DNA of 64,000 nt, from positions 186,001-250,000 of IMG/VR virus record IMGVR_UViG_3300034073_003340; one strand, given 5' to 3'. A program made the translations under genes and the position numbers. The notes below the pieces were generated by a model that had not been told where the DNA came from, made no database searches, and saw nothing but the letters and a program-made list of their open reading frames with translations. This document shows positions 45,917 to 55,164 of this stretch, piece after piece. Numbering within the stretch: position 1 is the first letter of the stretch; every line of letters starts with the position of its first letter.

Positions 45917-46195
45917 TCAGTCGTTGAATACCATGACCTGTGGACCACCCAGTGCCCGACCAAAATTGTCGACCTGACGGAACATCCAAGCCTGAATTTC
46001 GCCGGGCTCATTGCGATCTTCTGCCCGCTTGACATCAAAAAGGCAATACTGCCGAGTCTCGCGCTTGCCAACGATCTTGAACGTTTCATAGCGGAGCAGG
46101 CGATCGAAATCGATCTTTGCCGACAGACAGGAAGCCTCGGTGCTGAGAACCTGAGTTACCTTGTTCCAGGTAAAGTCGTCGATTGAAACCTGCAT
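45917..46195 (-). CDS. Hypothetical early protein
   Basis: Variant cassette promoter 46247. Confidence 0.7.
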   Translation of the reverse strand: MQVSIDDFTWNKVTQVLSTEASCLSAKIDFDRLLRYETFKIVGKRETRQYCLFDVKRAEDRNEPGEIQAWMFRQVDNFGRALGGPQVMVFND

Positions 46196-46247
46196 GATAA
46201 CTCCTGTTTCTGCCTATACACCAGCTCTAACAGAAACAGGTGATATG

Positions 46248-46619
46248 TCAACTAGTTTTAGGAGAATTCAGGTGATTGAGGATATCCTCAATGCTGACTT
46301 TGCCAATAGATCTTGGCGTGATAACAGTCGGCTGATCAGCTGATTTTTCAATCCAAGCTTCGCGACCATCGGCAGTCTCGAGGTTATCTCCAAGATCGCG
46401 ACAGTTTTTCTCGGCCTCAACTTGCCATTCTGCCACTTGTTCCAGGGTAAAAGAGTCCATATAACGCTGCGATGACTCCGAGACTCCAGGACAGTTGATC
46501 TTGCCGTCTTTGACCTGGATCCTGAACATTACCCCTTCGAGTCGACGATCGCCAAATGAATAACCATCGAGCAAAGCTTCTTCAACCGGACCGTCTTCGG
46601 TCATGATATTGATCGTCAT
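46248..46619 (-). CDS. Hypothetical protein
   Basis: Ends KTS* in the next -35. Confidence 0.75.
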   Translation of the reverse strand: MTINIMTEDGPVEEALLDGYSFGDRRLEGVMFRIQVKDGKINCPGVSESSQRYMDSFTLEQVAEWQVEAEKNCRDLGDNLETADGREAWIEKSADQPTVITPRSIGKVSIEDILNHLNSPKTS

Positions 46620-47119
46620 CCTACAACTCCAAAACTGATAGAGCGTTTTCTACTAAGAGCATGTATGCCTGATGCGGTCAAGCAATAATTGGCTCCAGTG
46701 AACTTCATATAACCCCGATCAGCTAGGCTTTTACAGATAAAACGTTCAGGGTCATTGGACGGAATAAAGGAGTTCTGTGTGGCTGATTTCTTCTTTAGAA
46801 GGCCAAGGGTGAGTTCACAAATCTCTTGTTCCAGCTTGGTAAGAGGTAATCTCCTAGACTTCCTTTTCGAGGAGGTCTTTGGACGGTCGTCGATGACCTT
46901 GAATATTTTACTACCAGCTTGTTGATTTTGTGATCTGCACCACTCGATCATTTGGGTTTTGGTATGACAACCATGCCCAATTATTGGCGACCATTTGCCG
47001 TTAATGAGACGCCCGATGCTTGGACTCAAGGTCTGCGATGAGGTCGAGTCCTTCGAGCAGCCAAACGAGGGTGAGCTCTTCATCTCCCCGATGGGCATAC
47101 TGGTGCTCATAAAATACAT
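46616..47119 (-). CDS. Hypothetical protein, possibly winged-helix C-terminus
   Basis: CKSLADRGYM...YCLTASGI; true start probably downstream. Confidence 0.55.
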   Translation of the reverse strand: MYFMSTSMPIGEMKSSPSFGCSKDSTSSQTLSPSIGRLINGKWSPIIGHGCHTKTQMIEWCRSQNQQAGSKIFKVIDDRPKTSSKRKSRRLPLTKLEQEICELTLGLLKKKSATQNSFIPSNDPERFICKSLADRGYMKFTGANYCLTASGIHALSRKRSISFGVVG

Positions 47120-47339
47120 CCTCGATCGGATAGAACGAAAGGTTTTCGTTCAAGAAGTTTCTCACGGCGACCGGTAGCTGATCGAACGCATCCATGTCAA
47201 CCTTGCGACCATCCTGCCAGAGGAAATCTGTGCCGGTCTGAAGAGCGGGCGCATCAATGCTCATCATTTTGATCATCGAAACGTGAATTCCCCGATCTGT
47301 TGCTTGAGCTGCTGGATACCCTGGGTGGTCAACTTCCAC
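47001..47339 (-). CDS. Hypothetical protein
   Basis: Start probably about 47276. Confidence 0.6.
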   Translation of the reverse strand: MEVDHPGYPAAQATDRGIHVSMIKMMSIDAPALQTGTDFLWQDGRKVDMDAFDQLPVAVRNFLNENLSFYPIEDVFYEHQYAHRGDEELTLVWLLEGLDLIADLESKHRASH

Positions 47340-47509
47340 CCATTGCCGACGGTTTCCGCGTGACCCTTTTCCTGTAAGGAGAGAATCAAAGGACGATCTC
47401 GGAGAAAACGGCGCTCCCAGTAGTTTTTGGGAGCCGTGAAACGGCTCCCACTCAACCCGATGATGCGGCGAGCCAGCTTGACCTCAGGCCCAGTCATCGT
47501 CCGGTTCAT
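47273..47509 (-). CDS. Hypothetical protein, winged-helix-like
   Basis: SLQEKGHAE...WKLTTQGI. Confidence 0.6.
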   Translation of the reverse strand: MNRTMTGPEVKLARRIIGLSGSRFTAPKNYWERRFLRDRPLILSLQEKGHAETVGNGWKLTTQGIQQLKQQIGEFTFR

Positions 47510-47694
47510 GCGCGGTCTCCGCGCAGGTCACTGGCGTTGATTCCACTGCCATAGCGGACACGCATCGCCCAGTTGCCGACCTGCTTGAAGAAGCTGATGT
47601 TGTGATTGAGGGCATGGCGCAGCTTGCGACGATCCAAAGATCGTGCTCGACGCTTGCTGCCAGAACGCTTGTTTGCCAAAGATGTTCTCCTCAT
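47506..47694 (-). CDS. Small basic protein
   Basis: Variant cassette promoter 47732. Confidence 0.55.
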   Translation of the reverse strand: MRRTSLANKRSGSKRRARSLDRRKLRHALNHNISFFKQVGNWAMRVRYGSGINASDLRGDRA

Positions 47695-47742
47695 CTGCCT
47701 ATATTCTGGTGATAACATGGATAACCAGAATGTCAATCAGAT

Positions 47743-47925
47743 TCAAACAAACAAGGCAAACCCTGCTAGAATCACGCTGACGATGAGAAGTCCCAGAGAA
47801 ACACGACCCCAGAAGGTTTCCTCGGCATACCCTGAAAAGGGCATATGGCCACTGGCATAGTCAGCTGCTATATATCCACCGATCAAAGCAATGAGTGCTA
47901 GTGCGGCGAAAACTCCGGAGCTCAC
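47743..47925 (-). CDS. Small two-TM membrane protein
   Basis: Two hydrophobic segments. Confidence 0.65.
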   Translation of the reverse strand: MSSGVFAALALIALIGGYIAADYASGHMPFSGYAEETFWGRVSLGLLIVSVILAGFALFV

Positions 47926-48434
47926 TGGGTCTCTCCCAGGGTCTGATCGATCTTAGCTAGTCGGTTCTTCAGGGACTCATAATCAGCCCTTGTGGGCCGC
48001 CACTGGGTATCCGCGAGCTTACGACTGGCCAGATACGCACCGTCAGCGGCGAGAATCTGAGCATCAACTGTTTTGTGCTTGGTGATTAGCTTGACGATCA
48101 GTTCACGCAATTGCGCAATGGTGCGCAACTTGATGGCTTTGCCCAGCCAGGCTTTGGCCTTGGTCTCAGCGGCTTCCCAGTCGGCAATTTCAGCGTCCAG
48201 CTGCTCATCAAAAGGCAGTTGGGTCGGGAAACCGTCAACTGTCTTGCTGACGTAGAATGGTTCAGTGTGGTGCCGGGTTGCGATAACCTTGACCGCGCCC
48301 TTTGATGCTCGATCAAGCTGCTCAGCCACCTCGCTGTTGGCCGACCTCACATAGTGATTCAAATGACCCAGCCAGGAAATGTCTGAGGGGTTGAACGCGT
48401 CATGTGAGATACTCACTATGGTATGATACCCCAT
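47922..48434 (-). CDS. Hypothetical protein
   Basis: Start moved to MGYHTIVS. Confidence 0.7.
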   Translation of the reverse strand: MGYHTIVSISHDAFNPSDISWLGHLNHYVRSANSEVAEQLDRASKGAVKVIATRHHTEPFYVSKTVDGFPTQLPFDEQLDAEIADWEAAETKAKAWLGKAIKLRTIAQLRELIVKLITKHKTVDAQILAADGAYLASRKLADTQWRPTRADYESLKNRLAKIDQTLGETQ

Positions 48435-48590
48435 GGAATCAAAATCCTCCATCCATAAAGCTGTCAACAAGATCAGCTTCCAGTATAAAGTACAGGGTGT
48501 CTGTATCGATGCCAAACTTCTCGCAGGTCTTGGCTTCTGCTTCATCATCGTCGCAGAGTGAGAGATAAAACTTGACGATTTCTTCTTCCA

Positions 48591-48827
48591 TTAGAAGTCC
48601 TCCAAGTCCGAGGGTTTCAGGACGATTTCCAGGGCCTGGTGACCTACCATACTATCCCTGAATTCGACGATGAGATTTTCCTTGTCATCGTCCATGTAGA
48701 TTGAGCAGGGATAGCGACTCCAGCCGACCCTTGCCTTGAGATCCAAAGTGGCCCAGGCAGCGTCACCGGCCTTCTTTTCGAGGGCCGCATACTGGTCGAT
48801 CAGATCACTTACTGCCGAGATATCCAT
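48591..48827 (-). CDS. Hypothetical early protein
   Basis: Cassette promoter 48877. Confidence 0.7.
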   Translation of the reverse strand: MDISAVSDLIDQYAALEKKAGDAAWATLDLKARVGWSRYPCSIYMDDDKENLIVEFRDSMVGHQALEIVLKPSDLEDF

Positions 48828-48893
48828 GAAGTTCTCTCCTTGCTTACTCACCAACTTTAGCACGAGCTAGCTGAATGTCAACCAAATTGACAA

Positions 48894-49397
48894 TCAGTCA
48901 TACCACTCCATGCGACGCTTGTGTGACTTCTCGAGGCTGAAATCATGATTGCGATTGGCGAATGTTGCGAGGTCGAGTCGATGCGTCTTGCTGCCGAACT
49001 GGGGCTTGATGGTCACGGTCTTGTCCGTGATGCGCTCGATGGCCCCCAGGTAGTCGAAGTTGAAGGAGTCGTAGATCGCAGTATCACCCTCGGTGAACTT
49101 GATATCAACGTCCTTGTAATTGCCATACCGACCGGTCAGGTGGATAGTGGTCTTGCCCTCGTCGTTCTTACCTATGCGGTAGAACATGCCGGTAGGCTCA
49201 CCGCCGTAGGTGTGACCGCGCTGGACCCGAGTCTTGCTCAAAATGGGCAGAGGGGCTTCATAACCCACAAAGTCCTTGATCAGCGCGAGGGCGTTGTCGA
49301 ACTGGTTGGAGTCAGGGTGGAGACGGATGCCGCCGTCCATATTGAACTCGATCTTCTCGAGAACCTGGATTGCTTGTTCGATCGTGAGAATCTGCAT
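48894..49397 (-). CDS. Conserved-type phage hypothetical protein
   Basis: GDTAIYDSFN..Y.G.I..IT.KTV.I...RLDL..F..RN; promoter 49449. Confidence 0.8.
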   Translation of the reverse strand: MQILTIEQAIQVLEKIEFNMDGGIRLHPDSNQFDNALALIKDFVGYEAPLPILSKTRVQRGHTYGGEPTGMFYRIGKNDEGKTTIHLTGRYGNYKDVDIKFTEGDTAIYDSFNFDYLGAIERITDKTVTIKPQFGSKTHRLDLATFANRNHDFSLEKSHKRRMEWYD

Positions 49398-49449
49398 AAC
49401 GTCTCCTGTTTCTGCCTATACACCAGTTCTAGCAGAAACTGGAGAAGTG

Positions 49450-49623
49450 TCAACCAGATTTTTGACGCCAGGCGAGTTCTCGACCAAATGCCAAACCCGC
49501 GTATGCGCTGGCAACAATGATTCCAAGACCACCGGGAATAATACCTATGTAGACCATCAAGGTAATGATGGCGACGCCGATCAACGCCAACTTATAACTG
49601 AAAATAACGTGATCTATGGCCAT
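49450..49623 (-). CDS. Small two-TM membrane protein (57 aa, not in ORF track)
   Basis: MAIDHVIFSYKLALIGVAIITLMVYIGIIPGGLGIIVASAYAGLAFGRELAWRQKSG*; stop in the next -35. Confidence 0.6.
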   Translation of the reverse strand: MAIDHVIFSYKLALIGVAIITLMVYIGIIPGGLGIIVASAYAGLAFGRELAWRQKSG

Positions 49624-49630
49624 CGCACCA

Positions 49631-49936
49631 TCACTCCATGTCGTCTTCGTATTTCTTTAGCATTTCGGTATACCGGTCAACAGTTGATTGATCGCCGTCT
49701 TTCTGAGCTCTGGCAAGAGAGCCCTTGATCTTATCAACCATGGCCGGATAGGAAAAAACCGTTATAACCGATCCATGTTCCTTGGCATGGAAACGACCCT
49801 TGCCATAGGTGACATCAAAGGATTTCTGGACCATATCAACCGTAAGGGCCCCTCCTCCTCCAGTTATCGTGTGATTGGTATGGTCGGAGTTACCGATGCC
49901 GGCGAGCCAGTTGTCTTCGCGTTTCCAGAGTCCCAT
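49631..49936 (-). CDS. Hypothetical protein
   Basis: 101 aa. Confidence 0.7.
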   Translation of the reverse strand: MGLWKREDNWLAGIGNSDHTNHTITGGGGALTVDMVQKSFDVTYGKGRFHAKEHGSVITVFSYPAMVDKIKGSLARAQKDGDQSTVDRYTEMLKKYEDDME

Positions 49937-49946
49937 ATGAACCTCC

Positions 49947-50384
49947 TTAGCGACGCTTGCCGCCGAGGAAGCTCTTCAGCTCGCTCATGAATACTGCGGG
50001 CGCAGCCGAAGGGTCCTTTTCGAGGGCTTCCTTGACCTTGCGTCCAAAATGGTCTGCCTCGGCCTGGATCCCATCCAGATACATCTTGCGCTCGAATGCC
50101 TTGGTTTCCTCGCTCATTGCTTCAGCGGGAATGGGCTTGTTGCCGACCGTCACATAGCGAGTGCGCTTGCCGTGCGGGACGATCTTCAGGAAACCAAAAT
50201 ACGCTGCCGCTTCGATCCGGCGGACCGCGTTGGGATTGCCAGTGCCGCTGGTGCCCCAGATTGCCGTGGTGGCTTCGGTCATGGTGATCTGGGTCTTGCC
50301 GCGAATAGCCATGTAGTTTTCAACACTAGCAGCGATTTCAGCTGCCTTCTGTGCTGCTTCCGACATTTCGTTCCAGTTTGCCAT
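49947..50384 (-). CDS. Winged-helix-like DNA-binding protein
   Basis: ITMTEATTAIWG...AVRRIEAAAYFGFLKIV..GKRTRYV; promoter 50441. Confidence 0.6.
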   Translation of the reverse strand: MANWNEMSEAAQKAAEIAASVENYMAIRGKTQITMTEATTAIWGTSGTGNPNAVRRIEAAAYFGFLKIVPHGKRTRYVTVGNKPIPAEAMSEETKAFERKMYLDGIQAEADHFGRKVKEALEKDPSAAPAVFMSELKSFLGGKRR

Positions 50385-50441
50385 GTTTCGATCTCCTGTC
50401 TGTGTGCCTATGTTCTGGTTCTACACTCTGGTGAGGAGAAG

Positions 50442-50891
50442 TCAACCAGAAATCTGCGTAATGAGGTCCTCGAGCGAGATACGCTCGACCATTACCGCAT
50501 GTTCTTTGTGGTAGAGAACCTGTGCTTCGCCCTTGCGGACTTTGTGGTGAGGGACTTTGTAGATGACCAGCGACATGCTGTCCTTGTGATGCTTTGCGAG
50601 TTTATTCATTTTCGCAATGCCTTCAGCGGGAAACCACTTCTCTAGCTGTTCCAGAGATTCAAAAGCGCAAAGCCAGTTGCGACGATCGCCGCTGGGCCAC
50701 TTCCGCATTTCCTTGACGGTGAGATGAAAGCCACCCCAAAAATGTTGAAGCTTGGGATCATACTCAGGGCTAGGATGGTATTCTTTCAGAACAGCCTGGT
50801 CTTCAGCCAATGCTTGACGCGAGCATTTGGTTCCAAATCCGCGAGAATAGCAACCCTCACCTTCTTCGTTCTCTAGCCGGTATATGAGCAT
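50442..50891 (-). CDS. Conserved-type phage hypothetical protein
   Basis: IYRLE...G.G.Y...HPSP..D...AFESLEQLEKWF. Confidence 0.75.
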   Translation of the reverse strand: MLIYRLENEEGEGCYSRGFGTKCSRQALAEDQAVLKEYHPSPEYDPKLQHFWGGFHLTVKEMRKWPSGDRRNWLCAFESLEQLEKWFPAEGIAKMNKLAKHHKDSMSLVIYKVPHHKVRKGEAQVLYHKEHAVMVERISLEDLITQISG

Positions 50892-50955
50892 GACTGTCTC
50901 CCTGGTTACCAATTCTGCTACTTTGTAGCAGAATTGGTAGAGGAATCAACCAGTT

Positions 50956-51240
50956 TTATGACCGGTGGATCATCTTGGTGAGAGCAATTGCCTCATCCAG
51001 GGTCTTGACCGAGCCAGGTTCCCAGCCCTCGATGTTACCACTGGTAAGGACCAGCTGGTCCTTACCAGTGAAGTTGATGCGAACGACAGGAGCAGTCCAC
51101 TCATAAATTTCGACCTGGCGAGCATCACCGGCCTGCTCGAAAAATGAGCGAATCATAAACCTCAGAGCAGCCGGAACAGTCTTGAACAACCGGTCGGAAG
51201 GATTGCCGTAAGGGCTAGTCGGGATAGCGATAATCAACAT
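50956..51240 (-). CDS. Hypothetical early protein
   Basis: Cassette promoter 51296. Confidence 0.7.
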   Translation of the reverse strand: MLIIAIPTSPYGNPSDRLFKTVPAALRFMIRSFFEQAGDARQVEIYEWTAPVVRINFTGKDQLVLTSGNIEGWEPGSVKTLDEAIALTKMIHRS

Positions 51241-51308
51241 GGGTTCGATCTCCTGTGTCTGCCTACTCACCTGTTTTAACAGAAACAGGTGAGTAGTCAA
51301 CCAGAAAA

Positions 51309-51647
51309 TCAGTTTACCGTGCTGAAAGCTGCCCGCTGGCTACCGAGTTCATTTTCCATGAAACGGATGATATGACGGGTCGCCGTTTCAAACTGGTGCT
51401 GATTGGCATATGGGCCCATCACAACAGTGATATCAAAGCGATCTTTCTGAACGTCGTTCCGCTCGACCGAACTGCCCTGGACCTTGTCACCAAAGCGTTC
51501 ACGTGTTAGTTCTTCAATCGCTTGCCGAACTTGCTCTTCAGAGCCTTCGGGGATATTCCCCACCATCATCATGATCTGGTCTTCGTGACCTGAAAGAAAG
51601 AACACCGGGGCATTTTTGTCTTTCATTTCCAGATAGCCGCGATTCAT
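51309..51647 (-). CDS. Hypothetical early protein
   Basis: Cassette promoter 51698. Confidence 0.75.
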   Translation of the reverse strand: MNRGYLEMKDKNAPVFFLSGHEDQIMMMVGNIPEGSEEQVRQAIEELTRERFGDKVQGSSVERNDVQKDRFDITVVMGPYANQHQFETATRHIIRFMENELGSQRAAFSTVN

Positions 51648-51714
51648 ATAACCTCCTTTTGTTGTTGTTTTTCGAATCTACAATAATTGGTGAATATGTC
51701 AACCAGTTTATTGA

Positions 51715-52110
51715 TTACACCACTTCGCAACGACCAGAAAGTTCAAGGCCGCGTATCGCGTCTGCCGGAATCAAACCCTGCTCAGCTGCCGCTTCGAGAA
51801 TGATGCGATCCATGATCGGCTCGATCACCCGATGAATGCCATCCCAGTTGGTCGTGAGAAAACGACCGCGGCCCGTTCGAAAAGCGCCAACGCTGATGTT
51901 GAAGATTCTGCGAATCAGAGGACCACGGTTACCACCGCCGTTGTTGAAGATGTCGTAGTAGGCGTTGGATGCCTGGCGGAACTTCTCGAGCTTGCGATTG
52001 CGCCCACGCGGTGATTCAACCGCGCCTTCAAACGGGATCATGAGCTGAAGTTGATCAGAAAGACCCTGGTGAGCGCCGGTGTTACCCCAATAAGTCTTCA
52101 TCTTTTCCAT
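51715..52110 (-). CDS. Conserved-type phage hypothetical protein
   Basis: TYW...G..Q...D.L...IP..G...R...N.YYD.FNNG; promoter 52164. Confidence 0.8.
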   Translation of the reverse strand: MEKMKTYWGNTGAHQGLSDQLQLMIPFEGAVESPRGRNRKLEKFRQASNAYYDIFNNGGGNRGPLIRRIFNISVGAFRTGRGRFLTTNWDGIHRVIEPIMDRIILEAAAEQGLIPADAIRGLELSGRCEVV

Positions 52111-52174
52111 GTTCGATCCCCTTTGTCTGCTTATTCACCAGTTCTAGCAGAACTGGTGAATTCGTCAACCATTT

Positions 52175-52510
52175 TTACCAGAGATGCCGGTCTGAACCGG
52201 CTGATATTGATTTAGCGTTCCATGCCATTCTACGACCTGATTCAGCAATATATTGGGTTTCAAACCCCTCTCCGGGAGAGGTTCCACCGGCCTCTATGTA
52301 ATTAAGGTGAAACGAGCCCAGGCTTTGACAGGCAACCGAGGTATCATATTTGAGAGAATGGTCTCGAACATCAAGTAGACAGGAGGTAGCTGCGGATTCA
52401 AAGGCGCGAGCAGCGTCTTTCAGTTCTATTGAATCTTGAATCGTGATAGCAAAGTAACCACCGGCGATTGAGCATACCAACATTCCTAAAACAATTGTAA
52501 GTTTTCTCAT
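52175..52510 (-). CDS. Membrane-anchored periplasmic protein
   Basis: N-terminal hydrophobic segment; promoter 52568. Confidence 0.7.
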   Translation of the reverse strand: MRKLTIVLGMLVCSIAGGYFAITIQDSIELKDAARAFESAATSCLLDVRDHSLKYDTSVACQSLGSFHLNYIEAGGTSPGEGFETQYIAESGRRMAWNAKSISAGSDRHLW

Positions 52511-52579
52511 TTTTGGTCTCCTGGCGGTATCTGCTTATTCACCAGTTCTAGCAGAAATAGGAGACCTGTCAACCAGCTT

Positions 52580-52801
52580 TTAATCCCGACGACGATCAAT
52601 CACACCGTCAACCATCTTGGTAGCATAATGGACAGGACGCTCGTAGATACCCTGCTCGTCCCTGTAGACGCTGATGAACCTACCCTGGCTAGCCAGAGAC
52701 ACCGTCTCACCATAGCTGATGTTGACGCCCAGGGGCCAATGGGCAACAAGGTCCTCGGCTTCCAAGGCATCGTTAAGTGTAGGAAAGCGGTTGTTCTTCA
52801 T
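52580..52801 (-). CDS. Conserved-type phage hypothetical protein
   Basis: MKNNRFPTLNDALEAE...ISVYRDE.G.YERPVHY. Confidence 0.75.
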   Translation of the reverse strand: MKNNRFPTLNDALEAEDLVAHWPLGVNISYGETVSLASQGRFISVYRDEQGIYERPVHYATKMVDGVIDRRRD

Positions 52802-52802
52802 G

Positions 52803-52973
52803 TCAGTATCCCGTGTTGACGCCAGCGCGAAAGCCCGCCTGATAGGCACGTTCTAGAGCCTCCTTAACGTCCCAGACGCTGAGCTCCTTGAAGTCTAGAC
52901 TGTCGCTGTTGCGTGTCTCGAGAGTCTCCAGATCCAAAACGTCCTGGGCGATTTCATTGAGTTCCTCGTCCAT
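52803..52973 (-). CDS. DUF6900-like small protein (56 aa, not in ORF track)
   Basis: LETLETRNSDSLDF..LSVW.VKEALERAYQAG. Confidence 0.75.
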   Translation of the reverse strand: MDEELNEIAQDVLDLETLETRNSDSLDFKELSVWDVKEALERAYQAGFRAGVNTGY

Positions 52974-53203
52974 TAGTAGGGCACCTTGTCACAATTTGCG
53001 AGGGGAGCGCAAAAGGGTTCTCCGTCGTCGCCGAGACCATAAACGATTCCGTCCACTACGGCTTCGACCACCACCGTCTCGACCAGACCTCGAGCATATT
53101 CCATGAGGATCATGTCGCCCTCGTTGATGTCGGAAGGGTTGACTGCCGGGGCAACAGATCCAAAACCCAGCTTTGCCAAAATACGCTCCACAAAGTTCTT
53201 CAT
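52973..53203 (-). CDS. Hypothetical early protein
   Basis: Cassette promoter 53256. Confidence 0.7.
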   Translation of the reverse strand: MKNFVERILAKLGFGSVAPAVNPSDINEGDMILMEYARGLVETVVVEAVVDGIVYGLGDDGEPFCAPLANCDKVPY

Positions 53204-53266
53204 CTGCTATCTCCTCGTCTGCCTATAAACTGGTGATAGCACCATAGACCAAAGAGTCAACCAGTT

Positions 53267-54382
53267 TTACACCAGTTCGAAAACTTCTCCGGTTTCCAGG
53301 TCTTCACACATGATGATGAACTTGTCGACGATTTCCTCGGCAACCTTGGTCACGGCAGCTTCAACAATTGCGTCCACCTCGTCATCGCTTACAAAAGCGC
53401 CATGGACCCTGCGAACCGTTGAACCATTGCTGACCAGCATATCACCCCAGCCCAGCAGGTTCTGCGCACCGCCCTGACCCAGTGCCGTGCGGCTGTCGAT
53501 CTCGCTGCTGACGCGGAAGCAAATACGCGCAGGGAAGTTGGACTTGATAACACCGGTTACAACGTCCACAGAGGGCCGCTGAGTAGCCATAACAACATGG
53601 ATGCCCGCTGCCCGAGCCTTTTGCGCAAGGCGCTGTACGAGCCCTTCCAGTGTTTTTCCACCAGTCTGCATGAGATCAGCAAACTCGTCAATGAAGACCA
53701 CAATATAGGGCAATTCGTTTCCGGCTTCCTTGTAGGCCTTGATATTGCGAACGCGGGCGTCAGCGAGCAGTCGGTAACGCCGCTCCATTTCCTCAACCAT
53801 ATCCTCGAGGGCACGGATGGATTCACGCGGGTCGGTGATAACCGGCTGGACCAAATGAGGAATGCCATTGTAGATGGACAGTTCCAACATCTTTGGGTCG
53901 ATCATGAGGAACTTACATTCATCAGCTGACAAAGCTGCCATGAGGCTGATGATCATCGCGTTGATACCAACGCTTTTGCCTGAGCCAGTTGTGCCACTGA
54001 CCAATACGTGGGGCATGGTTGCGAGGTCGGTGACGACCACTTCACCCATAACGTCCAGCCCGAGAGCAATGGGCAAAGCCGCAGTGGTGGTCTTGAACTC
54101 CTCGCTGGTCAGAACCTCGTTGAGGAGTATGGTCTTGCGCTGCTCATTGGGAATTTCAACAGCCAGTGTGGGGCTACCAGGCATCACGTTGATCTGGATG
54201 CTCGCAACACCAAGCAGGCGCGCCACGTCCTCGTTGAGCTTCATGATCTGCGAAGCACGAGTTCCAGCGGGAATTTCGATTTCGTAAACGCTGACCAGAG
54301 GTCCTTGCTTGGAACCAATAACACGAACACGATGTCCGAATTCGTCCAGGGCGCGTTCCAGTGCGGTAGCAAAGTTACTCAA
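53267..54382 (-). CDS. ftsK: FtsK/SpoIIIE motor domain only (no TM, no gamma)
   Basis: PHVLVSGTTGSGKS, MIDPKMLELSIY, IDEFADLM, AQKARAAGIH..ATQRPSVDV.TG.IK.N, GAQNLLG.GDML; TTG start. Confidence 0.9.
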   Translation of the reverse strand: MSNFATALERALDEFGHRVRVIGSKQGPLVSVYEIEIPAGTRASQIMKLNEDVARLLGVASIQINVMPGSPTLAVEIPNEQRKTILLNEVLTSEEFKTTTAALPIALGLDVMGEVVVTDLATMPHVLVSGTTGSGKSVGINAMIISLMAALSADECKFLMIDPKMLELSIYNGIPHLVQPVITDPRESIRALEDMVEEMERRYRLLADARVRNIKAYKEAGNELPYIVVFIDEFADLMQTGGKTLEGLVQRLAQKARAAGIHVVMATQRPSVDVVTGVIKSNFPARICFRVSSEIDSRTALGQGGAQNLLGWGDMLVSNGSTVRRVHGAFVSDDEVDAIVEAAVTKVAEEIVDKFIIMCEDLETGEVFELV

Positions 54383-54440
54383 AACCGATCTCCTCTTGAT
54401 GTCTCATCATAGCAGGACAGGTGTGACTGTCAACCAGTTT

Positions 54441-54731
54441 TTAATCGTCCCAATGAGCAACGCCCAAGATCAGACCGCGATAACAGGCAAAACCCTTGAC
54501 TGGCTTGCCACGCAAGATTGCGGTGTATTTGTAAATTTCAGATTTGCGACACTGGAGAGGGGCTTGATTGATGAAAGCCTTGCCGATTGAGATGCTGCGG
54601 TAGCCCTTGTCCTTGAGCGTGTCCTCGACCTTTGATTTTCCATATATGTAATCAACTACGCCGGCCTGTGCCGGGGTTGAAAGAATGCTCATAGCCAGGG
54701 TAAAAGCCAACACCATCTTCCGCATTTTCAA
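54441..54731 (-). CDS. Secreted small protein (Sec signal peptide)
   Basis: MRKMVLAFTLAMSILSTPAQA-; promoter 54772. Confidence 0.7.
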   Translation of the reverse strand: MKMRKMVLAFTLAMSILSTPAQAGVVDYIYGKSKVEDTLKDKGYRSISIGKAFINQAPLQCRKSEIYKYTAILRGKPVKGFACYRGLILGVAHWDD

Positions 54732-54801
54732 CTCCTCTTGTTATCACCACAATAACAATTCTGGTGAACCCGTCAACCAGAATTGTTATAAGGAAGCTTC
54801 C

Positions 54802-55101
54802 TTAGTTCTTAACAAGAATTCGAGCGGCAGCTTTGGAAGTAGCGGAGAGGAAGGTGTAGTCCTCGTGGTTTGCGAGATACTTGAGAGCACCCTCATACGC
54901 CTCTTTGAGCGTTGGGCGCGAGCGACGATCGGTGTCCTCACGGAAATAGCGGCTCATCGCCAACATCATCAACTCTGCGCTTTGGGCTTGCGGATGGTTA
55001 GTGCGAGCAGGCTTATAGCGTCCGCCCTCGGGCGCTATGATATCTTCGGTCACGATCCAGCCGGTCTTCATTCGCGTGTTGTGGGAATAAATGAGCAGCA
55101 T
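54802..55101 (-). CDS. Hypothetical early protein
   Basis: Cassette promoter 55156. Confidence 0.7.
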   Translation of the reverse strand: MLLIYSHNTRMKTGWIVTEDIIAPEGGRYKPARTNHPQAQSAELMMLAMSRYFREDTDRRSRPTLKEAYEGALKYLANHEDYTFLSATSKAAARILVKN

Positions 55102-55164
55102 GACTCGATCTCCTTTGTTGCCTACATCACCGGTTGTATAGAAATCTGGTGATGTGTCAACCAG

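Noticed and set aside
53267-54382. FtsK-XerCD/dif system acting on the cassette repeats
   Set aside because: The gamma domain is absent, arm spacing in the repeats varies, there is no dif similarity and no tyrosine recombinase is in the window.
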